Origin: Azolla caroliniana
Taxonomy: Eukaryota > Plantae > Polypodiophyta
Direction of reading: 5' to 3'
DNA length: 64,000 nucleotides
NCBI GenBank assembly: GCA_043228905.1
Contig: JBHGNT010000004.1
Location: forward strand, 16,678,001-16,742,000
Shown: piece after piece, positions 14,201 to 23,100 of the stretch
Layout: each line of letters begins with the position of its first letter
Numbering within the stretch: the stretch's first letter is position 1
The notes under the pieces: generated by a model
Seen by the model: the letters and a program-made list of their open reading frames with translations, nothing else
Database searches by the model: none
What the model was told of the DNA's origin: nothing
Position numbers and translations under genes: made by a program

Positions 14201-14830
14201 CCGATGATGAGGAAGTGTGTTGGCTTGTACTTTATCGAACACATCAGCATACTGACGATACTTCTCGGGAAGTTGAACGGTGGACTCCTCTTTGGTGGTG
14301 CTGGAGGGTTGTACTGATATTGCGAAGAGAAACATTTCCTCCTTGCGCCCTTCCTCACGCAACTGACGTAGCGAAATGGTTGCAACCTTCTGGGTAGATC
14401 CTTGGGTTTGTCGCAACCGGATTTCCCTTGTCCTCCAATCTATGTCTGGGTCATGTAACTCGAACCATGGTAATCCTAAAACTATGGGATGTTCTGGAAT
14501 ACTAATAATATTAAATGATACTACACATGTTAAGTTATCTAGGACAATATTAACGGGTTCCGACTCTTCTATGATATTACCAGAAGCAATGGGACGACCA
14601 TCAATGACTACTACTGAGGCCGGACATGGGAGCTTTCTGAGAGATATCTGATGAGCTCGGGCAAAATTCCTATCCATGAAGCAAGAATTAGCTCCGGAAT
14701 CTAGAAGGGCTAAGGTATGTACTGGAGAGGTACTTTTAGTACTAACTGCTACTTGGGCTACGAACACATCACTAACTTGCTTAGAGGGAATGGAACCACT
14801 AAGGGGCTGCACAGATCTAGGGCTGTCCAA
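11273..14830 (-). CDS. pol: Chromovirus Pol (protease, RT, RNase H, integrase, chromodomain), probably made as a Gag-Pol -1 frameshift fusion
   Basis: LLDSGA, YLDD, ADASD, HHCC zinc finger, SDRGPQF, GPF motif and chromodomain YEVAAILD..YLVDWLGY..TWEP. The frame is open from the gag stop region; the stop lies inside the LTR. Confidence 0.95.
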   Translation of the reverse strand: MDSPRSVQPLSGSIPSKQVSDVFVAQVAVSTKSTSPVHTLALLDSGANSCFMDRNFARAHQISLRKLPCPASVVVIDGRPIASGNIIEESEPVNIVLDNLTCVVSFNIISIPEHPIVLGLPWFELHDPDIDWRTREIRLRQTQGSTQKVATISLRQLREEGRKEEMFLFAISVQPSSTTKEESTVQLPEKYRQYADVFDKVQANTLPHHRPYDCAIDLQPGKEPPWGPIYNLSPTELEVLRAYIEENLENGFIRHSKSPAGAPIFFVKKKDGLLRLVVDYRGLNKVIVRNRYALPLISSLLERINGARFFTKIDLRGAYNLVRIRPGDEWKTAFRTRYGHFEYTVMPFGLTNAPAVFQHMANDIFRDLLDDFLIIYLDDLLVYSKTQEEHDSHVLLVLKRLREHGLYAKLEKCSFGSNQVEFLGYVISSEGISMDPAKVKMVIEWHTPRSVRDVQCFLGFANFYRKFIQNYSKIVLPLTQLTRKGQSFIWSKETDMAFENLKKAFTSAPILGHVDPEKPFIIEADASDFALGSILSQQGNDEKLHPVAFHSRKFDAAEINYEIHDKELLAIVDSFMQWRHFLEGSPHQVTVFSDHKNLAYFQDARVLNRRQARWAHFLTRFDFKITYRPGKHQGKADALSRRSYLTPRPGEPAFDNQKQVILGPARLEAAQVFDMPVDSDITNTIREDLKTDAFAQAILAQIDPSRASCSQSQSPGTDYRQFKYCDGLLFFKELLYVPNGSCRLRVVQNCHDTYTAGHFGSTKTLDLVQRSFWWPRMRQFVEDFVRTCDTCCRAKMPRHHPYGLLEPLPIPSKPWQSIALDFITDLPVSKGFSAILTVVDRYTKMAHFLPCTKEISSEDTAEIVMREVCRHHGLPDNIISDRGPQFVSKFWKHLFKMLKVTCNLSSGYHPQTDGQAERTNQTLEQYLRCFLNYHQNDWADILQFAEFAYNNTIHASTKVTPFYAYTGYHPRWCVLETPEVSTNPCAEDRLERLRKIQADLSTQLQQAQQSHKDYADRHRIPSSFNIGDRVWLLRRHIKTTRPCEKLDYRRLGPFRIIGKINDVAFRLELPPQLRIHPVFHSSLLEPYHESTIPGRTIQPPPPIELEDGPEYEVAAILDSKIVRNKLYYLVDWLGYSPSERTWEPIENVTNARALLEDFHRRYPEKPGPQSKTTRETRRFKGGIVS

Positions 14831-14856
14831 CCAAACGGCTCCTATTTTGGCTGGAC

Positions 14857-16026
14857 TTAGTCGTTTAACTCTTCTTCTAATTGGCTAAGGACATCAAATT
14901 TGTTTGCGAGATTCGGACTATTAGTACTGTTAGGACTATTATGACTATGAGGATTATCAGAGATTCCTACTGAAATAGACTCGGGTTTAGTATAGTCAGA
15001 ACTAACAATGACTTGGTTTACCTGCCTTCTTGGTCTATGGGGACAGTTTATCGCGATATGCCCTGGTCCACCGCAATAAAGGCATAATCGGTTTGTTCGG
15101 CGTCGTTGCTTTTCCTCCTCCGATAGCGGCCCACGACGACGTGTAGTGTCAATTTCCATTGGAGTTGGAGTACTTACTGGAGGCGCATTATGTGACTCCC
15201 TTTGAAAAGGTTTCGCTACCACTGAGGCATAGGTAGGCTCGGATCTTGCCCTCGGCATCTGAAATTGTCGTTCCGAACGTCGCTCGAAGAGGCGGTTGTC
15301 ACATCTGACCGCTCGACTGATTGCTTCTGTTAATGATTTTGGCTCTTCAGGGAAAGTCAAGAGTAAATCCTTGACATCGTTGCGTAGACCATAGCGGAAC
15401 TGCTCCATCAATGCTTGATCATCCCAGGGGATATCGGCGGCGAGTAGGCGGAAATCTGCAGCATATGCGGAGGCTGGATGGTCACCTTGGCGTAATCGCC
15501 GGATTTTGTTGATTGCAGTCCTTATGCTGTCAGTATCTCCAAAACATGCTTTAAACTCACTTATGAATTCTTCAAAATTATTTAGTACTGGAGATTCCTT
15601 TTCTAGTAGCGGAGCGAACCATGCTAATGCTGAGCCATTTAACAACGTGCCTACTAAACCCACTCGTGATGCATCGGTGGGATATCGGGACGGATGCATT
15701 TGAATAACTAACCGTACCTGGTTAAGAAACCCTCTAAACTGCGATCGCGTTCCATCGAACTTCGTGGGAAGGCCAATCTTGGGTTCTTTATGAATCCCTT
15801 GTGCTCCGTGCCCTTGTTGTTGCATTGCTACGATGGTTGCTTCGAGTTGTTGCACGCGTAACGCAAGTTCCCCATGCTGTTGTTGCGTTTGCTGCTTTTC
15901 TAAGGAAATTTGCTGAAGATCCCCCAACAAGCGTTGATTTTCTTGTTCCAAAGCATGAAACTTCTCTTTCAAGCATTGAAATTCCGAGAAAACGGATTGA
16001 TACTCTTCAGCGCTAACGGTGGCCAT
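14857..16026 (-). CDS. gag: Chromovirus Gag (coiled coil, capsid, CCHC knuckle)
   Basis: 389-aa ORF with PTKFDG, LRQG, FRYGL, PMEID and CLYCGGPGHIAINC. Confidence 0.95.
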   Translation of the reverse strand: MATVSAEEYQSVFSEFQCLKEKFHALEQENQRLLGDLQQISLEKQQTQQQHGELALRVQQLEATIVAMQQQGHGAQGIHKEPKIGLPTKFDGTRSQFRGFLNQVRLVIQMHPSRYPTDASRVGLVGTLLNGSALAWFAPLLEKESPVLNNFEEFISEFKACFGDTDSIRTAINKIRRLRQGDHPASAYAADFRLLAADIPWDDQALMEQFRYGLRNDVKDLLLTFPEEPKSLTEAISRAVRCDNRLFERRSERQFQMPRARSEPTYASVVAKPFQRESHNAPPVSTPTPMEIDTTRRRGPLSEEEKQRRRTNRLCLYCGGPGHIAINCPHRPRRQVNQVIVSSDYTKPESISVGISDNPHSHNSPNSTNSPNLANKFDVLSQLEEELND

Positions 16027-16098
16027 GGGATGAAGGAAAAGGGAAATAAGAGACTAGTAGGAAAGGAGGGAGACAGAAGGAAGAGGGAGACTAGTAGG

Positions 16099-16111
16099 CA
16101 AATCGGTTCAA
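16099..16111 (-). promoter_or_regulatory. Non-tRNA (self-priming) primer binding site
   Basis: Minus-strand TTGAACCGATTTG lacks the TGG of a tRNA PBS and is exactly complementary to LTR bases 16346-16358. Confidence 0.85.
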
Positions 16112-16383
16112 ACTGTCAGGAACTCTATTAAGGCAGAGAAGGAATTAGTACTAAAAGAAGGATTAGTACTATTGTTGGGGAATAGTACTAAGACAGAGAA
16201 GGATTAGTACTATGAGAGGTGTCGAACTTTGAGAGAAGGAATGAGTGAGTGAGAGAGAGAGAGAGAGAGAGAATGATGATGCGAAAGATATATGTATTAT
16301 ATGACGGAAGATATACAACAGTAGTTAGAAGGCTTAAGACTGGCGTTGAACCGATTTGGTTCGAACTAATGCCTTGCGCCTCC

Positions 16384-16443
16384 TTTTATAGTGTCTTCAG
16401 GAATACTCCTGAAGTTTCTAGAATGTTCCAGAGAAATCTGGAA
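16384..16443 (-). promoter_or_regulatory. LTR promoter: TATA box plus heat-shock-element array
   Basis: Minus-strand TATAAAA at 16384-16390; in-phase alternating TTC/GAA units at 16396-16443. The same is present in the other LTR. Confidence 0.75.
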
Positions 16444-19400
16444 TATACATCAATTTCCCAATAAAACCTAAATGAAAATAATATCCTTCAAATTACAATT
16501 CATAACCTAATGGTAAAGTCTCGACCCGTGTAACAAAAGGTTATGGGTTCGAGTCTAGTTATGACACTTCTTAGGGATTTACAATATTAAGTGGATGTTG
16601 AGAAAGCTCAACAACATGATGTTCATTAATTATGAGGATTCTCTAGTGTGAGAATTACCATCTAGTTCACCAATCTTTAAACACTTATCCTTAAGCAATT
16701 GAAATTAGCCTTAAGAATTGGCTAGTAATGTTATGCCTCTAGCACAAGTTCGTCGTCTTGGTCATGCCTATGTCATCATCTATTGCCATTGGTTTGAATT
16801 TGAGAATTCATGTTGACTACATTGGTTATGCTTATGTCATCGCTTAGTGTTCTTGGTTTGAATCCCAATCTCACAATTAGAGTCTTGGTTATGCTAATCT
16901 CATATGGTTTGTGGTTTGAACCTAGGCCTTACGATCTTGGCCATGCATTGATCATCACCAAAACCTTCACTAAGTGCCTCCACTCATGTTCTATGTGTGT
17001 TTGTGTATGGATGTGGGTCAAATTCTTTTTTCAACCATGGATCTTGTTGTGGTCAACGAGTGCAATGTGCCTTTGTTTGAAAGCTCACCAATAAGATTCT
17101 ATGTTAAATATGGTATGTTCAAAATGTTGAATCTATATAACCCCTTCTCAAGGTTTGGTCCTGGTTGAAATATACAAGTATTTGGCTCTCTCCATGGACT
17201 TGTTCGTGGGAATGGTATTATATCTCAATGCTAACAACATCCAAAATTTATAGGACCTTTCTTAGTTTATGGATCCAAGTCATGTTGACGACCAAATCAA
17301 AGTTTGTTTGAACAATCCTTGTTGTTAGTAGGATTTAAGTTATAAATGCTAATGATGGTGATGATGGTGAATTCTATATCCTTCACAAGGTCAGTCCATG
17401 TTTAAATGTTTGTAGGATTTGTGATAACTATTAGGAAACATGTCCCTCTGGATGGGAAATAAGCACAAGCCGAATTGGAGTCCGGAGAGCCAGCCTTAGA
17501 CAAGAAGAAGTCAGAACTAGATGGAGGAGCGAAAGCTGAGTCAGATAGATCCAAAGTAGAAGGGAAACCGGAGTCGGAGACGCATCCGGTAGGATCCGAA
17601 TGAAGCATCCAAAAATGGCCATATTTGTAAATAGGTTGTTGAGAAGCAAGCTCAACATGGGTTGGATCAATTGAACAAGCTGAGAACCGGATTGGATGAA
17701 GACAGATTGGCTAGGCCCGGATAGGATCGGTGAGCCTGATCGGAGAACCGAATCCGCGGGGAGCCGGCAGGCCATTAGAGGCCTACTCTCCTAATTTAAT
17801 AGGTAGCTATACTTTTTGGAGTTAGTGTCAGATGCTTCTTTATGAGCATTGAAGTACTTATCAGTGCTTCTAATCGTCCTTTATGGACTTGTGTAAAAGT
17901 GCTCACTGCGCACATTTGTATGTACAAAGTGTTAGAATTGAGTTTTCAGTCTTTTGCTCTCTCTGTCTCTCCCGCATATTGTGTTTTTCTATTTTCTGTT
18001 GTTATCTGGCTGAGCCGGTTATGTCTGTTTTAGCTTCTGCACTTAAATCTTTACATGGTATCAGAGCGCGAGGGTTGAGAATCCTCTACTACCTACAAGT
18101 GTTCAACACAGAGAAACCTTAATCTCCGGAATGGAACAGACAAGAAGAAAATGGACAGAGGAATGGGTGGTGCTCTTCAGACAGAGAAGTTGGACAAAAG
18201 CAACTATGCATCTTGGGAGTACAAGATGCACCAGTACCTACTCGGGCATGGCTATTGGAGTTACATCCAGGGAGAAAACGAAGCAACGCCAGAGTCGGCA
18301 CACAAGCATTTTCCAATTTGGGAACAAGGAGCAAGCAGAGTCTTGTATTGTCTTGTGTCCACAACCAGATGTTGGTCTACATTCGGGATGCAAAGACACC
18401 AAAGGAGGCCTAGGAAGATCTGAAAAAGATTTCCGTCACAAGTAACGGCTTGGAAGTTGCAGCTCCAACAAGAGCTCAACAATATCCGACAAAGGGATAT
18501 GACGGTGCTCGACTACACCACCATAATCAAGGAAACTATGACGCCTTGGGGTCCATCAATGTGATGGTGGAAGAAGACGAAATGGTACAGATTTTCCTTG
18601 GTGGTCTAGCACAGAGGTACAGGCCAATCCGGACAGCCATCTGCACAAGGGAGAAGCCACCATTGTTTTTTGACCTGCATTTGATGCTCATGGTCAAAGA
18701 GAACCACGCGGTTGTGTCAAGGAGTACGCAATCAGGCAGTCAGATGTTGTACACAGAGGTAGATCGGCCCCATGTTCATGGAGGATGAGGTGGATCGACA
18801 CGCAATTGCAGCAGCCGACAAGAACAAAGTCAGAGGCATAATCGACATGCCAACAACAGTTATAGACCCTCCACAAGCAGGGGCAGTCAAGGTAGCCCTG
18901 GAAACTGGCAAGGGAAGGCTGAGATAGACTGCTATTATTGAGGCCAAAAAGGCCACAGAGAAAGCAAGAGTTGGAAAAAGAAGGCAATTTGGATAAATCC
19001 GGATCGAGCAGAGCCGAACAAGGAAATTGGCAATGGTCACACTACGCGGAAGGCTCGGAAGGAGCCGGAAAGGGCCCTACCTTTGTGATGAAGCACAAAG
19101 CTAACTCGATGAAGATAAGCACCTCGAAACCGAATGAGGTGTGGTATGTCGATTCTGGAGCGTCAAACCATATGACGAGCCATGAAGAGTGGTTCTCATA
19201 TTTGGAGAAACTGGAACAACCGGGGGTCATCAAGACCGGTGACGACACCTCTAATCCCATCAAGCATGTTGATGATGTCCCCCCTAAGCTATGTCGGATA
19301 GAAGGGGAGACTGATGAACATCTTGCACGTCTTGACAATCACAAAGAACTTGGTGTCGATCGGACAGATTGTCGACCAAGGGATGCAGGTCCGGTTCACA

Positions 19401-20127
19401 CACCTCGGATGCTTCATCAAAGAAGAAGGCCAGATCATCGCAAGGGCACCGGGAAGAAGGATATTTATCCTCCACACAAACGACGTCGGCATAAGCGGAT
19501 CAGCCACCTCAACTACCAAAGGCTTCAAGAGTTGCAAACGAAGTTCAGTGGCCGGAAGGCCCAAGTTTGTTAAGCCTGCCAACTAGGGGAAGTAACACCA
19601 ACTTCCATTCCCCAACAGGCGTAATTGGGGATCAACATAGAATGTGAGCTTAGGCGGGAGTCGATAGTTCGTCTCCTTCATCAATGACTATAGCGAACAC
19701 ACGTGGATCTACCTAATAGAAAAGAAGAGTGACGTCTTCTACTGTTTCTGAAACCTAAAGAGCTTAGTGGAAAGGGAAACATAGATGAAGATCAAGTGTC
19801 TACGGTCAGATGGCAAAAGGGATACTTTTCCGGCCAATTCAACTGTTATCTGCAACAAATGGGAATTCGACACGAATTTAGTTGTAGATATATGCTGGAG
19901 CAAAATGGTGTAGCCGAAAGGAAGAACCGGTCAATTGTGGAAGCGGCATGGGCAATGTTGGAAGAGAAGAGCATGCCCAAATTTTTCTAGGCCAAAGCGG
20001 TTCGGACGGCTGTATATATCCAAAATCGGATTTCGACAATCAGAGAGAAGGTGTCATCTCATGAGCTATATTTCTGGCGCAAGTCGAATTTGATACACCT
20101 TAGGGTATTCTGTAGCTGCATTGCATA

Positions 20128-23100
20128 TGTTGAGAGACAAGCTCAACATTCGGTGTGAAGTACGCAGCATAACCTAGTGCGTAGACTAGGTGCGTGAAAA
20201 AGTACCCACAACAAGACCGCATCAGTGTGAAAACCGAAGAGGCCGTTAGAGCGTTATTCCTCGTAAGGGAATAATTTTGGGAGTTTGTGTAGTCGGCTCA
20301 TTTATGAGCATTCAAGTACTGTCAGTACTTGTGTCAGCCCGATTGTCAGGGCTTGTATATAAGGTGCTCATTGAGCACGAAGTATGTACAGAGAGTCATT
20401 ATTTTTGAATCTGAGTTTTTTGTTGTCTGCTCTTCCATCTCCATCTCCATCTCTGCGTTTTCTGTGTTTTACCGAACTGTCTTATTCCTCCAAACTGTGT
20501 ACTTTGTGTTTACGCACACGCTTCCGCACAACGTATTCTTTTACATGGTATCAGAGCGAGAGGTTGAAGTCCTCTACAGCCGACAAGAAAAGTTTGTGAC
20601 GAAACAGAGTTGAAATTGCTCGCTTTCGGAGAAGAAAAAAACAATACTTTGGACAGAGGAATGGGAAGCTCACTTCCGATTGAAAAGCTTGAGAGAAGCA
20701 ACTATGCTCCAGTACCTGCTCAGCCATGGCTACTAGAGTTATGTCGAAGGAGCAAACGATGTGGGACCCGACTTGACACACCGGGACTATCCGGCTTGGG
20801 AACAAGCAGCAAGCAGAGTGATGTAATGCTTCGCGTCCTATGTGAGCGATCAGCTTTTGAGTAATATTCGGGATGCCTAGACGCCGAAGGACGCGTGGGC
20901 GAATCTCAAAAGGATTCTCGCCGCCAACACAATGGCCAGAAAGTTGCATCTCAGACAGGAGCTCAGCAATGTACGACAAAGAGATATGTCATTGGCTGAT
21001 TACACCATCGAGATCAAAGAATTTTGGGACTCTCTCGCCTCCATCAACGTGAACGTCGAGGAAGATGAAATGGTGCAAGTTTGTCTTGGTGGCTTAGCGT
21101 CAAAGTTCGGACCTTTCCCAACGGCAGTCTGCACGAGGGAGATTACGCCTTCGTTTTTCGACCTTCAGTCAATGTTGCTCGTAGAAGAAAACCACGCAGG
21201 TGCGTCGATGAGTGCGCACGCCGATAGCAAGATGATTTACACGGAGGATGATAGGCCCCATGGTCGTGCTGGACAAGGCGAATCGGCACGCAATGGAGGC
21301 AGCCGAAAAGAGCAAAATGTACGGCATAATAGAGATGCCGGAAGCAATTCCGAACCCTCCGCAAACAGGGGGAGTCATGGCAGCGCCGAAAGATGGCAAG
21401 AGAAGACCGCGCTGGATTGCTGGTACTATGGCAAGAAAGGCCACAAGGAGAGCGAGTGCTGGAAAAAGCAAGCCAATTCAGACAAAGCCGGATCGAGCCG
21501 AAGAGACGTAGAGAGGCGTCAGAGATCGCACTACGCAGAAGGCTCTGATCGAGCCGAAAACAAATCGGGCCCAGCCTTCGTAATGAAGCATAAGGCCAAT
21601 TCTATGGCCATGAACACCTCGAAATCAAGCGAAGTGTGTTATGTTGATTCCGGAGCGTCAAATCATATGATGAGTCACGAGGAATGGTTCTCGTACTTGG
21701 AGAAACCGGAATCACATGGAGTGGTCAAAACGGGAGACAACACTCCGCATACCATCGAACATGTCTGCAAAGTTCTTCTCAGCCACGTCAGGCAGAAAGG
21801 GAAACTCATGAACGTGTTGCACGTCCCGACAATAACAAAGAACCTAGTGTCGGTCGGTCAGATCATCGACCAGGGAATGCAGGTTCGATTCACGCATCTC
21901 GACTGCTTCATAGAAGAGGAAGGCAAAGTAATCACGCAAGGGCGCCGTGAAGGGAGGATGTTTATCCTCGACACTAATCAAATCGGAACCACGTTGTACG
22001 CAAAAGGACAAAAGGTCGAATCAGATATCAAACCTGTGGCACAAGCAGTTCGGCCACGTAAATATCCCACGGCTTCGTGAAATGCAGAAGAAGAACATTG
22101 TTTTCAGGTTGCCGAAATTTCGTGGCCAGAATGGCCAAGTCTACGAAGCCTATCAGATGGGAAAACAACACAGACTTCCATTCCCCAATGAGCGTAATCG
22201 TAGTCGAAGTCCGCTGTATTTGATCCATTCGGATGTGTGGGGTCCGACACAGAACGTGAGTCTCAGTGGAAGCCGTTACTTTGTAACCTTCATCGACGAC
22301 TTCACTCGGCACACGTGGGCATGCATGATTGAGAAGAAGCGCGAAGTCTTCGCATGTTTCCTGAAGGTGAAGAGCCTTGCGGAAAGGGAAATGGGGCATA
22401 AGATCAAATGCCTACGATCCAATGGCGGGAAGGAGTACTTCTCCGACCACTTCACAAGTTATCTACAGAAGGAGGGAATTCGGCGTGAATTCTCATGTAG
22501 ATACACGCCGCAGCAGAACGGCGTGGCCGAGCGGAAGAATCGAACGATTGAAGAAGTAGCCAGGGCAATGCTTGAAGAGAAGCATATGCCGAAATTCTAT
22601 TGGGCTGAAGCCGTGAAGATGGATGTCTACTTGCATAATCGGACTTCTGCTAATGGAGGAGTGTCGCCACATGAGCTATATTTCGGGAAGAAGCCGAATT
22701 TGGCACACTTGAGGATCTTCGATAGCATTGCATATGTACATGTGCCGAAGGAAAAGAGGAGGAAGTTGGACGCCAAAGCCGAAAAGTGCATATTAGTCAG
22801 CTATCCAGACGAACAAAAGGGGTATAAATGTTATAACCCCCAAACAAAGGAAGTATGTGTAAGTCAAGATGTCGTGTTCGACGAATCCGCTTCGTGGTAC
22901 TTGCCTTCACCTCTAGTACCTCAAGATTCCGTTCCGATTTCTAAAGAAGAGATCAGCGAAGCTTAAATGCCTCCACATGATGAGGACGTCGGAGCTCTAA
23001 GGGAGATTCCGATCTCATTTCGGCTTAGCGGGCCGAATGAAAGGTTGGGCCAAGATGGCTAACCAGATGATGAGACGGCGAGTAGTGGAGACCTTGCCAT

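Larger units (their letters stand above)
10814..16566 (-). mobile_element. Intact Ty3/Gypsy chromovirus (Tcn1-like)
   Basis: LTRs 10814-11280 and 16114-16566 (TGTCA...TGACA) look identical apart from a 14-bp (GA)n length difference. TSD CTTCT at 10809-10813 and 16567-16571. PPT AAAGGGGGGATAG. Uninterrupted gag and pol. Confidence 0.97.
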
